A DNA stretch of 64,000 nucleotides from Phytomonospora endophytica (GTDB lineage: Bacteria > Actinomycetota > Actinomycetes > Mycobacteriales > Micromonosporaceae): positions 29,884-93,883 of the forward strand of contig NZ_JACHGT010000021.1 in assembly GCF_014202425.1 (NCBI RefSeq), read 5' to 3'. Position 1 is the first letter of the stretch, and every line of letters starts with the position of its first letter. Positions 40,130 to 49,705 of the stretch are shown here, piece after piece. Both the position numbers and the translations under genes were made by a program. The notes under the pieces are model-generated. The model saw only the letters and a program-made list of their open reading frames with translations, did no database searches and was not told the origin of the DNA.

Positions 40130-40447
40130 GCCCATCACCGCGATCCGCAAAGGGCCCTCTAGCCGCTCGATCTCGGCGTCATAGGCCGGGAGCCGGGTGG
40201 GTCCGTACTCATCGGACGGACCGGTCAGCCCCAGCGGGACCCCGCGCGCGGCGACCTCCCGGGCGCAGCGCCGCAGCAGCGCCGCGTAGGCGTCGGGCGG
40301 GAGGGTCCCGTCTGCGGGGAGTCGGCAGGCGCGAGACTGCGCGGCCGTCTCGGCGTCCAGGACGACCCCAAGCTCGGCGTCGTCCATTGAGGACGAGGCG
40401 AGCTTGAGCCACGCGCGGACCTGCTCTACGGTGGGATAAGCCGCCAT
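40130..40447 (-). CDS. gp6-like head-tail connector protein (3' end unclear)
   Basis: The N-terminal ~105 aa of ORF 39773..40528 (MAAYPTVEQVRAWLKL…EIERLEGPLRIA) look like gp6-family. The frame then continues as low-complexity text over the next gene. Confidence 0.4.
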
Positions 40448-40615
40448 CACGTCGCCCCCGAGTGTGATGGCGGCGCCGTGCGCCCCGGCACCGGCAGGCG
40501 CCCCGGCGCGGGCGGGGAGAACCCGCACCGGGGACGACCCGCAGCGCGACCGCGACCGCCCACACCGGACGGCACGTCACGACGCGAAACCAGCAGCGCC
40601 ACAGAAACCCGGCCA

Positions 40616-41896
40616 TCACTTCCCGGCCTTCTGGGTCTCGACGGGCGGTACGACGGCGGGCGCGATCTTGCAGAAGCCCTTGGGCTCCAGGAATCCCGAC
40701 GCGGCATAGCCGCCGTAGGCGACCTCCACACCGAGGATGGACGGTTCGATGGCCTGGATCAGTCCCAACTGGACCTCGTAGTACTCGTACAGGCTCTTGG
40801 ATCCGACGATGACGGTCTTCTCCGGCAGCAGCGGCGCCACGATGCGCGGCGCGTTGAACACGTCGCCGGAGAAGCTCGTGATGTCCTGCGTTCCGCCGTT
40901 GCCGTCGGCGCGGGGCGGGAGCATCAGCCGGGCGGTGTCACAGACGGCGCCCATGATCGCCCACATGTCCACCGAGCACCAGATGGTGTCGGGCATGCGC
41001 TGACCACCGGCGTACGCCTTGGCGGCGGCGGAGTAGAGCGCCGTCGCCCACCCGGCGAGATCGTTGGTGGCCACGGTGACCGACTGCGTGATCCCGGTCG
41101 CGAACGCGGTAGCGGTCGCCGCTTCGGTGGCCAGGCCGTACTGGTCGGCGAGGTCGGTCGTGAGGATGTTCCACGCGCCGGGGTCGGTCCAGTCGATGTC
41201 CTGCCGGGACACGTTGACCACGCCGCCGTAGGTGGCCTTGGGGAACTCCAGGCTCTCCACCTTGAGCGCCTGCGAAGCAAGCTCGGTCTTCTCCGCCGTC
41301 TGGACGCCCACCTTCGTGTGCTGGGTGACGATCGGACGGGAGAACGTCTTGCCGGGGATGTTCCCCAAGGGACGGACACCAAGGCTGGTGATGAGTGGGC
41401 GGCGCGCGTCGATGATGTTGATGACCGGCCCGACGATCGGCGTCGGGAGGATGCCGGGCGTCTCGGCCGTGGTCATCTTCGCCACGGCGCGAGTCAGGCG
41501 CTCGGCGGCGGCCGGATCGCGGGCGATGCCGATCTTCGGCGCACCGAAGGAACGCACCCGGTCGAGGAGCAGCGCACCGGGCGAGTCGTAGACCGGACCG
41601 TCCTCAGCGGACGGCGCGGCCCGCTCGGTGACCCGTGCGCCGCCGCCGACGGCGCGCGTGGTGGCCGTGTCGGCGCTGGCGCGCAGGGTCTCGAACTCGC
41701 GCAGCGGCTTGAGCTGCGCGTCGATCGCGGCGATGCGTTCACGGGCGGCGACTAGGTTGCCCTGCTCGGCGTCGACGAGGTCGCGCCCGCCGTCGTCTTC
41801 CACATGGGACAGGAGGTTGTCGACGAACTCGACCTGCGCTTCGCGCTGCTCTTCCAGGCGCGAGATGACCGGGTTGGGCGTGCAGTTGGTGACCAT
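40616..41896 (-). CDS. HK97-fold major capsid protein
   Basis: A 426-aa protein with an N-terminal delta/coiled-coil segment and HK97-like core. It follows the prohead protease gene. Confidence 0.75.
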   Translation of the reverse strand: MVTNCTPNPVISRLEEQREAQVEFVDNLLSHVEDDGGRDLVDAEQGNLVAARERIAAIDAQLKPLREFETLRASADTATTRAVGGGARVTERAAPSAEDGPVYDSPGALLLDRVRSFGAPKIGIARDPAAAERLTRAVAKMTTAETPGILPTPIVGPVINIIDARRPLITSLGVRPLGNIPGKTFSRPIVTQHTKVGVQTAEKTELASQALKVESLEFPKATYGGVVNVSRQDIDWTDPGAWNILTTDLADQYGLATEAATATAFATGITQSVTVATNDLAGWATALYSAAAKAYAGGQRMPDTIWCSVDMWAIMGAVCDTARLMLPPRADGNGGTQDITSFSGDVFNAPRIVAPLLPEKTVIVGSKSLYEYYEVQLGLIQAIEPSILGVEVAYGGYAASGFLEPKGFCKIAPAVVPPVETQKAGK

Positions 41897-42033
41897 GAGA
41901 AGGCTCCAATGCGGACAGACGGATGAAGGTCTGTTCGGGTGCCTTCCGGGTGACCGCCAGGTGGTGCCCGCAAGGGTCCGGCGTGGACGGTCGGCGCAGC
42001 GAGGCGGCGCGAACTACTAAGGGCGATAGTAGA

Positions 42034-42681
42034 TCAGGTGGTGAGGTTCGCGCGCCAGTTCTGCCACTCCGCCAGTGCCGGGCGCGGCGCCGGGGCGGGG
42101 CCGGTGCGTTGTCCGCCGACGGGGCGCCCTGCGGTGCGCACGAGGGTGACTCCGGCCCCGGCGTAGGCCGGGACGGCGCACAGCGAGGTCTCCAGTAGAC
42201 GGCCCTCGTGATGGACGACCCGCGCGAGCGAGTCTCGCGTGGCGGGGTCGACGGTGGAGCGCCCGGCCATCGGCGCGAACCCCACCGACAGGCCGGTGAG
42301 CAGGCCCTCGCGCGCCAGCCGCCCGGCCTCCTGCGCACGCGGCGAGGAGTCGAGTTCCCACGCCCCGTACAGGCCGTCCAGCTCTTCACGCCACGCGATG
42401 GCGCGCCCGATGGGGAATGCGTCGTGGTCGTGCCACAGCATCAGCGGCAGCGCGCGGGCCGCCTCCTTCGTGGACTTGCGGAACGCGCCGGGCGCGATCG
42501 TCTCGAAGTACGTGCCGTACTCGTCGCTGACCTGCTCGGCCACGCCGTAGGGAACGGCGCGGCCTTCCAGGACGACCGGCGCGTCGCGCTCTTCGCGGAC
42601 GGTCTCCAGTGGAGCCATGCGAATCCGCGGGGAGCCGTAGACGCGCAGCTCCGGCGCGAACGTGGTGGGTGCGCTCATGAC
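42034..42681 (-). CDS. HK97-family prohead protease
   Basis: Product MSAPTTFAPELRVYGSPRIRMAPLETVREERDAPVVLEGRAVPYGV… matches the S78/U35 protease pattern. Lies between the portal and capsid genes. Confidence 0.7.
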   Translation of the reverse strand, partial: VMSAPTTFAPELRVYGSPRIRMAPLETVREERDAPVVLEGRAVPYGVAEQVSDEYGTYFETIAPGAFRKSTKEAARALPLMLWHDHDAFPIGRAIAWREELDGLYGAWELDSSPRAQEAGRLAREGLLTGLSVGFAPMAGRSTVDPATRDSLARVVHHEGRLLETSLCAVPAYAGAGVTLVRTAGRPVGGQRTGPAPAPRPALAEWQNWRANLTT

Positions 42682-43853
42682 TGCTCGGTCTCCTCGATCT
42701 GTGCTCCGCCAACGGTTTCGGTCTCCGGCGGCGGCGTGTCGGATGTGGACGGTGCGGCATTCGCCGGCACCGGGGACAGTCCCATGTAGGCACGCGCCTC
42801 CTCGGTGGTCATCAGCCCGCCCGAGACGGCCTCGGTGAGGGTCGTGACGGTGGTCGACATGTCGTCGGCGAGGAGCTGTTGACGGTCGAGCCGGAGCGAG
42901 TGTCCACGCGGGACGAGCTGTGCGGTCCACGTCTGCTCGAAATCGGTCATGATCGGCTCCAGCGTGGTCCGCAGGAGGTTGAGGTACATCGGCCCCGGGG
43001 ACCGGTAGGTCAAGGACTCCGAGGGCGCGCCCAGCCAGTACGGATCGAGAGAGAACGCGTTGGCGATGTCGACGAGCGTCGCCGACCGCGCGGCGGTGAG
43101 TTCGGCGTCCGAAGGGGACCACGACAACGGGAGGATCTGCGTACCGGCGGGGAACACCCCGGGCTCGCGGCGCGGCCCGCCGAACAGGTCGGTCCACCGC
43201 TGCTTAGCGGCAGTCGCCTCCTCTTCGGACAGACGCGGGTTCGGCGCGATCACCGCCACCGACGGCACGGCGCCGTCGGCGAGCGCCGACGCCTCGTACT
43301 CCTCCTCTGCGATCGCCCGGGACAGGGTGCGCATGTGCTGCTCCACGACGCCCACACCCCGCGCGGGACACCACGAGTCGGCGCCGCGCTGCACGTGCAC
43401 GATGTCGGCGGCCGGGATCTCCTTGCCGCGAGCCCAGTAGCGCGGCCGGGCGTAGTCCTCCTGTGCGCACTCGATCGCCACCCATGCAGCGGGCAGCCAC
43501 CGCAGGGCGGCGGGGTAGCCGTAGAAGTCGCGGGCGGAGATGTAGGCCACCGCGTTGCCGTGCATGAGGTAGTCGTCGACGAGCTGCCCGAACAGCCACG
43601 CGAACGAGCGCGCCGGGTCCGGCTGCTCCAGGAACCGCGTGCGCGGCAGCGGCTGCGTTCCCTTGTAGTCGTCCAAGGTGGTCTGCCGGATCATCCCCGT
43701 GATGAGCAGCAGTGCACGGGCCACACCCGGCACCGTGCGCGCCCGGTCGGCGTCCATCCACGGCAGCACATCCGGCCAGACGACGCGGTTGTACGGCGAC
43801 AGTCCACCCCGGATCGGCGCGGCGGCGCCCGAAGAGCTTTCCATGATCCACAC
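42675..43853 (-). CDS. Phage portal protein (HK97 family)
   Basis: A 392-aa protein directly downstream of terminase, with an acidic C-terminus. Confidence 0.7.
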   Translation of the reverse strand: MWIMESSSGAAAPIRGGLSPYNRVVWPDVLPWMDADRARTVPGVARALLLITGMIRQTTLDDYKGTQPLPRTRFLEQPDPARSFAWLFGQLVDDYLMHGNAVAYISARDFYGYPAALRWLPAAWVAIECAQEDYARPRYWARGKEIPAADIVHVQRGADSWCPARGVGVVEQHMRTLSRAIAEEEYEASALADGAVPSVAVIAPNPRLSEEEATAAKQRWTDLFGGPRREPGVFPAGTQILPLSWSPSDAELTAARSATLVDIANAFSLDPYWLGAPSESLTYRSPGPMYLNLLRTTLEPIMTDFEQTWTAQLVPRGHSLRLDRQQLLADDMSTTVTTLTEAVSGGLMTTEEARAYMGLSPVPANAAPSTSDTPPPETETVGGAQIEETEQS

Positions 43854-43867
43854 CGTACCGCGATCTA

Positions 43868-45586
43868 CTAGGCGGCATAGTAGGAAGCATGACGAACACG
43901 CCCACGGCTCCGCATCCGCAGCGCTCCGCCGACAAGCACAAGGCGCGCCAGGCCCTCACGCTCGCGATGACCGGCCTGTCCGCTGCGACGGTCCTTGACG
44001 TCCTCATTGGGCACGAGCTGGCGCGGCGTGGGCTCGAACTCGGCGAGGGCGCACACCTCGAACTCGTCTCGATGGTCGCCGGAGTTGTCGACGACGAGTT
44101 GCGCACGCTTGAACTCTCCGCCCGCGCGCCGCTCGCGGCGGCGGCGCGCGCGTCCTAACAGGATCGCGAACTCTGGCAGCTCGGCCGGTGCGTTCTCCAC
44201 GGCCCATGCGGCGAGGGTGACGGCCACGAGCGGCGCGATGTCTCCGGCGCTGCCCCGGCGTCCCCATGCCCATCCGTCTCCGACGGAGCGCTTCGCGGCG
44301 ACCTCTGCGGCGGCGTCGAGCGCCGGGTGAGCAGCGAGGCGCACCCCGCCGTCGCGCATTCCGGCGAGGAGTCCGGCACACGCACGGGTGTACTCCGTTG
44401 CGGACGTCTCGTGCAGGATCTCGGCGAGCCCGTCATGCCGCCGGACTTCGTCGGTCACGTGCGCGATCGGTGAGCGCGAGTCGGCGACCGCCCACCGTGG
44501 ACGCCACCGCCCGGCGAGTTCGAGGAGGCGCGGCACCACCCACGCCGTGCCCTCCCGGCGGTCGGCGACCTCGGCGACCAGGCGCCCGGAATCGTCGCGC
44601 CAGCCGATACCGATCGTGGCCGACGACCCGTCCACCGGACCGTCCCATGTGAGCACCGGCCCGCCGGGTTCGGGCTGGTCGGGTTCGCGTTCGCGGGCGG
44701 CCTCCCACAACTCGGCGGGGATGGCGAGTTCGGCGGTCTGTGTCCAGCGGTTGCCGTAGGCGCGCGCGAACTCGCCGGGCGGGAGCAGCTCGGCGGCCGA
44801 CGCGATCGCGTCGGGGCGCAGCGTGTAGCCGCGCGCGGGGTGGTTCTGATACACGGTCTCGACGTCGGTTGCGGCTCCGTCCGGAAGGGACCATTCGAAG
44901 TACGCCACTGTGGACCGGCGGGTCCCCGCCGGCCCCGGGTCCGCGGTGGCGTCCCGTCCCTTGTCGACGAACTCGCGCAGCCACGCACTCGTTGCGGTGC
45001 CAGCGGTCGAGACGATCCACAGTTGAGCGTCGGTCGTCGTCTGCGTCGGGATGATCGCCTGCGCCAGCTCCGCGCCGCGCACCGCGTCGAAGGCCCACGC
45101 CTCGTCCACCGACACGAGGTGCGTCGTCTTCCCGTGCAGCGCCTCGGGACCCGGTGAGAACGGGCGCAATGTGGACGCCAGGGCCGTGTATTTCAGCTCT
45201 TCAGAGCCGTTGGACATGCGCGAGGTGATCAGCGTCGAGAGTGGAGAGGAGTCCACGGCGTCGACGTGCTCAAGCCAGAGGTCGCGGGCGTCGGCGCGGG
45301 TCTGCGCGGTCATCCACACCCGGCGGCGGCGCCCCGTCAGGCATCGGTGCGCCGACAGCGCCCCGAGAAGCAGCGATTTACCCGCCTGTCGCGGCACCGT
45401 GACCACCACGACCCGGTACGCCCACTGGCCGGTGGGCGTGATCTCCAGGGCCGTGTCACAAACCTGCCGCTGCCACGGCATGAACGGCGCCCCGAGCGCC
45501 GTCGACACCTTCGCGACCTTCCCGCCGAAGGTCAGCCGGGACGGGTCACGGGCGGTGGCGTAACGCGGCGGGACCGGGCACAGCAT
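43868..45586 (-). CDS. Terminase large subunit
   Basis: Walker A-like VTVPRQAGKS, an ATPase plus nuclease two-domain organisation, and its position. Start codon uncertain. Confidence 0.7.
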   Translation of the reverse strand: MLCPVPPRYATARDPSRLTFGGKVAKVSTALGAPFMPWQRQVCDTALEITPTGQWAYRVVVVTVPRQAGKSLLLGALSAHRCLTGRRRRVWMTAQTRADARDLWLEHVDAVDSSPLSTLITSRMSNGSEELKYTALASTLRPFSPGPEALHGKTTHLVSVDEAWAFDAVRGAELAQAIIPTQTTTDAQLWIVSTAGTATSAWLREFVDKGRDATADPGPAGTRRSTVAYFEWSLPDGAATDVETVYQNHPARGYTLRPDAIASAAELLPPGEFARAYGNRWTQTAELAIPAELWEAAREREPDQPEPGGPVLTWDGPVDGSSATIGIGWRDDSGRLVAEVADRREGTAWVVPRLLELAGRWRPRWAVADSRSPIAHVTDEVRRHDGLAEILHETSATEYTRACAGLLAGMRDGGVRLAAHPALDAAAEVAAKRSVGDGWAWGRRGSAGDIAPLVAVTLAAWAVENAPAELPEFAILLGRARRRRERRAGGEFKRAQLVVDNSGDHRDEFEVCALAEFEPTPRQLVPNEDVKDRRSGQAGHREREGLARLVLVGGALRMRSRGRVRHASYYAA

Positions 45587-45914
45587 CCGGCTTCCCCAGA
45601 TCCTCCAACAACTCCGTCAACCGGTCCGGCGCCGACGCACCCCGCGCGGCCGGAGTCAGCCCGAGATCGGCGAGCGTGGCGCGCAACTCGGCGGCCAGCT
45701 TCGCCGCCGCCCACCGGTCGTCATCCAGACAGGCCGCGTCGAGCAGCCGCGCCAGCGTCCGCGCGGTCGCCGCAAGCGGTCCATCCGCGACGGTCTGAAT
45801 CGTCTTCGCTCGCTGCCCTGCTGTGATCGCCGCGCCGACGGCGCGCTCAGTTCGGCCCGCCGGACGCTGCTTGAGCCCGGGGAGCGCGTCGCGCTGCGCC
45901 GACTTCTTCGCCAT
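45546..45914 (-). CDS. Putative terminase small subunit
   Basis: A 122-aa basic/helical protein immediately upstream of the terL gene. Confidence 0.35.
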   Translation of the reverse strand: MAKKSAQRDALPGLKQRPAGRTERAVGAAITAGQRAKTIQTVADGPLAATARTLARLLDAACLDDDRWAAAKLAAELRATLADLGLTPAARGASAPDRLTELLEDLGKPDAVPGPAALRHRP

Positions 45915-45993
45915 GCCGACAGCGTCTCATGCCAACATGCGCATACCTGCATGTTTGCTCGAGGTCTGGTCGACATAGGACGGCCGGGTCTGG

Positions 45994-46224
45994 CTATCCG
46001 TCCCGGTCGTCTTCGTCGTCGGGTTCTGCCCACACCAGGCCGATGTCCTCGCCGTCCGGTCCGAACTCGCGGACAGTGGCCCACCCGGGCCGTTCGTCGG
46101 GCGGGAGAAGCCCCAGGGTCTTGACGTGCTCGGTCAGCTCGCGCGTGCCCATGGTTTCGCTGAGCGCCTTGAGTTCGGCGTGTAGTGCCTCGTCGGTGGT
46201 GACCGGTGTCCCGTCAAGACTCAC
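45994..46224 (-). CDS. Small acidic protein, candidate immunity partner of upstream deaminase-like gene
   Basis: A 76-aa product whose start overlaps the stop of the 46214 gene by 11 nt. Confidence 0.3.
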   Translation of the reverse strand: MSLDGTPVTTDEALHAELKALSETMGTRELTEHVKTLGLLPPDERPGWATVREFGPDGEDIGLVWAEPDDEDDRDG

Positions 46225-47044
46225 TGCCGCGCTCCCGTTCGATCGCTTCCCCGGTGCCCGGGTAGATCCACACGCGGGTGCTTCCCCGCTTCGTCACCTC
46301 GTGAACGTACAGCGTCTTTCCTTCTGGGATGAGCGCGGACAGGTTCGGGTCGCACCCGTCGGGGTAGTTGCACGGCTTCATGTTGATGTACACGACGGCC
46401 TTGGTCATGTTCTCGTCCTGGCGCAGGCGGGCGGCGGCGTGCGCCTCGATGTGGCGACGCATCCGGGGGTAGGACCGCCACGGGTCCACAATGTCCTTCC
46501 CGTCTCCGGCCGGGCCGTCGTCGTCGGCTTCGTGGACCGGCCCCAGCGGGCGGCCCTCGCCGTCGTAGACGCGGCCGACGGCGATCCGGCGGCCGTTGGC
46601 GTTGCGCTTGCCGACGTGCGGCTTGATTTCCGAGACGGCCTCCGGATGAGACGCCAGCGGCCGGAACCCTTGCAGCACAGGCGTTCTCGGCTCCGGCGTC
46701 CTTTCGGCCGGCTGCGGCCCGGTGTCTACGGTGGACGGCACCCCCGAATCCACAATGGCGGCGTCGGCGTAGATCTGGCGCAGGTACTCGGTGAACGTCT
46801 CCCCGGCGCCGACAGAGCCCACGTCGGCGCGCTCCAGGACTTCCCCCACGGTCTCCAGCCGGGCCAGTGACGCCGAGACCCGGTCGTTGCCCGCGCCCTC
46901 GGTCGCGTCGGTCAGTTCGCCGCGCGCCTGGCTGTACTTCTCCCGGGCGCCGCGTAGTAAACGCTGCGCCTCTGACAGCAGCTCAAGTGCGCGCCGTGCT
47001 CCGTTCTGGAATTCCTCGAAAGGCCCTGTCACGCGGGCAATCAT
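46214..47044 (-). CDS. Two-domain protein: N-terminal helical (WXG100/LXG-like) region + C-terminal deaminase-fold domain (HxE…PCx5C), putative nucleic-acid deaminase toxin
   Basis: ATG 47042-47044. The C-terminus …YPRMRRHIEAHAAARLRQDENMTKAVVYINMKPCNYPDGCDPN… has the zinc-deaminase catalytic signature, H-x-E and then PC-x5-C about 23 residues later. Confidence 0.5.
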   Translation of the reverse strand: MIARVTGPFEEFQNGARRALELLSEAQRLLRGAREKYSQARGELTDATEGAGNDRVSASLARLETVGEVLERADVGSVGAGETFTEYLRQIYADAAIVDSGVPSTVDTGPQPAERTPEPRTPVLQGFRPLASHPEAVSEIKPHVGKRNANGRRIAVGRVYDGEGRPLGPVHEADDDGPAGDGKDIVDPWRSYPRMRRHIEAHAAARLRQDENMTKAVVYINMKPCNYPDGCDPNLSALIPEGKTLYVHEVTKRGSTRVWIYPGTGEAIERERGSES

Positions 47045-47099
47045 GCAGGACGGCGCGCGTCCCCGGCAGGCCGCGCGCCGTTTCCTCACTGTGGAAGGT

Positions 47100-47321
47100 C
47101 TACACCGGTCGTTCCTCTTCGCCGCGCAGCACCGCGCGCGGGTTCACACCCGCCTGCGCGAGCCGCCGGGTCGCCTCGTTGCGCTTCTCGCACGGCCAGC
47201 CCCCGCAACCGGCCGTGCACCTCCTCGAATCGGGGTCGGACGCGTCATACCACCTGCTTCGGTGCTCGCCCCAGATCTCGTACCACTCGGCGGAACTCTT
47301 GCCGCCGAATGTCGTCGTCAT
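47100..47321 (-). CDS. Small Cys-containing phage protein (73 aa)
   Basis: ATGA overlap with the upstream gene. Product MTTTFGGKSSAEWYEIW…CTAGCGGWPC…. Confidence 0.4.
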   Translation of the reverse strand: MTTTFGGKSSAEWYEIWGEHRSRWYDASDPDSRRCTAGCGGWPCEKRNEATRRLAQAGVNPRAVLRGEEERPV

Positions 47322-47491
47322 GCCGGTGCCTTGCGTTCGTCCACAAGGGGGTCCACGCCGAGTTTGAGCATCGCGTCGCGGACGTCGGCGCGCCAGCGAC
47401 AGGGGTACGACGAGGCGCTGCATGAGCACCGGCCGCCCTTGATCCGCTGGTGTTTCTGGTATTCGTCCCAGAGGGTTTCGATGTCGCTCAT
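47318..47491 (-). CDS. Small phage protein (57 aa, below ORF-track cutoff as an independent start)
   Basis: ATGA overlaps at both ends. Product MSDIETLWDEYQKHQRIKGGRCSCSASSYPC…. Confidence 0.4.
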   Translation of the reverse strand: MSDIETLWDEYQKHQRIKGGRCSCSASSYPCRWRADVRDAMLKLGVDPLVDERKAPA

Positions 47492-47880
47492 GACGGCGGC
47501 GCCTCCGGCTCGCGCCAGCGGGACGGCGTGACGTTGAGGTCCAGCCGGGTGTTGTCGACCAGCCAGTACGAGACCGTCACCGGCCGGAAGGCCGTCAGCC
47601 TGTCCCGGAAGTCCTCGATGGACGTCGTGAACCGCGACCAGGCCCCGGGTTCCTTGATCTGCGGGCTGACGGCGTTGACTTCGGTCTCCAGCCACGCAAC
47701 GGCGTCATCGGCGGTGGCGCACGTCTTCGCGCGAAGCTCCCTCGGCTTGTTCAGCCACTCCGATGTGATCAGCGGCGGGAGGTTCGTCAACGGGTTGCGG
47801 CGGTCGGCGTCGGTGGCCTTGTTGAGCACGTCGCCGTGTCCGCGCCAGCGGTGGCAGATCCATTGGTCCTCGATGGTCAT
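47488..47880 (-). CDS. Hypothetical phage protein (130 aa)
   Basis: Coding bias. First gene of a translationally coupled trio. Confidence 0.4.
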   Translation of the reverse strand: MTIEDQWICHRWRGHGDVLNKATDADRRNPLTNLPPLITSEWLNKPRELRAKTCATADDAVAWLETEVNAVSPQIKEPGAWSRFTTSIEDFRDRLTAFRPVTVSYWLVDNTRLDLNVTPSRWREPEAPPS

Positions 47881-47967
47881 GGCATCCCCTGTGTGTGGTG
47901 GTGGAAGGCCCCGGCGGCTCGGAGGGGCGCCGCCGGGGCCGGTGTTGCGATCGGGGCGGGAAGGGGC

Positions 47968-48195
47968 CTACAGGCCCTGATAGCTCTGCACGAACGCGTC
48001 CAGCTCTTCGGCGCTGAACCGCAGTTCGGGGCCGTCGGGGTTCTTCGTGTCGCGCAGGGCGTAACCGCCGCCGGTGATCGGCGCGTACTCCACACAGGAG
48101 TCCTGCGTCCCGGGGTCGGACTGGTCACCGGTGTTGCCGCCGCAGGCGCGGACGTAGCCGCCGGACAGGTCACGGCTGTACAGATCGCTGCTCAT
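47968..48195 (-). CDS. DUF397 domain protein
   Basis: DUF397 signature …YVRACGGN…CVEYA…DTKNPDGPELRFSAEELDAFV…. Confidence 0.7.
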   Translation of the reverse strand: MSSDLYSRDLSGGYVRACGGNTGDQSDPGTQDSCVEYAPITGGGYALRDTKNPDGPELRFSAEELDAFVQSYQGL

Positions 48196-48788
48196 CGTGA
48201 TCTCCTTGGTGTAGGACGTCAGCCTCGGCCGACGTCGGTTCCGAACCTGGCCGGGCGCCGATGCTTCCTAGGGCCGAAGCGCCCGGCCAGGGGCTCGCGT
48301 TGGACTGTCCGCAGGGGACGCGAGGGCTCCGGGCGGTCGTGGGGACCGGCGCCGGGAGACGATCGACCGTGGTGCGTGTGGACAGTGCGGATACGTTGTG
48401 CCGCAGGCACATTCGAACCCGCCGCCTTCCGCCACGAAGTACAGATGTCGTCCGCCGTCCATCGCAGCTCCCTGCGGGTTGGACCGGGACACGGGCAGGT
48501 GGAAACCCGAAAAGAGGCCGCTCGGCCCCGATCAGGAAAAAGGGCCCGCGCCCCGGCGTGTGTACACCCGGCGCGGCGGGCACTGAGCCACCCCGCGCCG
48601 GGGAACTTCGGGACGAGGAAGGGGAGAGCGCCCACCAACGGGAATCCGGTAACCGACAACGTTCTCCCCTCCCTCCGTCATGTCGCCCGGGTGCTGACTC
48701 CCGAGGCTTCCGCCCTGCTCAGGGACGGTGTACAAGGGACAGTACGAAAGGAACGGTGCAGAAGCCACGACTCAGCGTGCAAGACACG

Positions 48789-48807
48789 TTGTCCCACCAC
48801 GGGACAA
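48789..48807. promoter_or_regulatory. Palindromic operator candidate TTGTCCC-N5-GGGACAA upstream of XRE gene
   Basis: Perfect 7-bp inverted repeat about 70 bp upstream of the 48878 start, in a 680-bp divergent intergenic region. Confidence 0.4.
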
Positions 48808-48877
48808 GCAAGATGGGGAGACGACTCCCCCACGCCAAGGGTTCTCATGTCGCGCAGTGATGCGGCATCCTGTGCTG

Positions 48878-49705
48878 ATGCCTGGACCGATCCTCACGCG
48901 TCGCCAGCTCGGCCGCCGTCTGCTCAACCTCCGTGAAGTCGCCGGAATCTCAGCGGGAGCCATCGCGCGAACGAAGCTCATGAGCACCAGCAAGCTTTAC
49001 CGGCTTGAGGCCGGAGAGATCGTCGAACCCGCCTGGGTCGAGGTCAAGGAACTGTGTGACATGTACGGCCAGAACCCCGCCAGCGATCTGAGCAAGGAAC
49101 TCGTCAGGATGGCAAAGGCGTGCCTAGAGGCCGGGTGGTGGGAGCCGTTCGGTTCCGGTGTGCCGAAATGGTTCCAGCTCTACCTTGAGCTTGAGCAGAT
49201 CGCCCACACGATCCGGACCTATGAGGTCGCCTACGTCACAGGTCTGTTGCAGACGGAGGCGACCATGCGAGCCCTGCTGTCGGCGAACCCAGCCCTTCAA
49301 GCTGAAGCCGTTGACAGCACAGTGGACCTTCGACTGAAGCGGCACCTGAACTTCTTCGCACGTATCCCGCTCCCCAGCCTTGAACTGGCGATTGACGAAG
49401 GCGCACTGCGCCGCGTCATCGGTGGCCCCGCAGCGCACGCCGAACAGCTTGAGCGCCTCTACACGATGAACAGCCGCCCGAACGTTCGCGTCTTCGTCCT
49501 GCCCGCGTCCGTCGGCGCCTATGCCGGGCAGGGGCAGCCGTTCACCCTGCTGGAATTCCCCGATGACCTAGATCCGGATGTGGTGTACTCGGAGGCTGCA
49601 ACGGGAGCGCATTACGATGAGTCGGCCGAAGCCTTCGCGAGCCGTAGGGCTACCTTCGGAAGCATGATCGCGCAAGCAGTGCCACTTGAGGAGTACCAGC
49701 TATGA
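48878..49705 (+). CDS. XRE-family HTH + DUF5753 regulator (only plus-strand gene of the prophage; repressor candidate)
   Basis: N-terminal HTH (LTRRQLGRRLLNLREVAGISAGAIA…LYRLEAG) and a DUF5753-like C-terminus. ATGA overlap with the downstream DUF397 gene. Confidence 0.7.
   Translation: MPGPILTRRQLGRRLLNLREVAGISAGAIARTKLMSTSKLYRLEAGEIVEPAWVEVKELCDMYGQNPASDLSKELVRMAKACLEAGWWEPFGSGVPKWFQLYLELEQIAHTIRTYEVAYVTGLLQTEATMRALLSANPALQAEAVDSTVDLRLKRHLNFFARIPLPSLELAIDEGALRRVIGGPAAHAEQLERLYTMNSRPNVRVFVLPASVGAYAGQGQPFTLLEFPDDLDPDVVYSEAATGAHYDESAEAFASRRATFGSMIAQAVPLEEYQL

Noticed and set aside
43889-44158. 89-aa plus-strand ORF inside the terminase gene
   Set aside because: Antisense to a well-supported gene with no RBS. 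All other genes in the module run on the minus strand.
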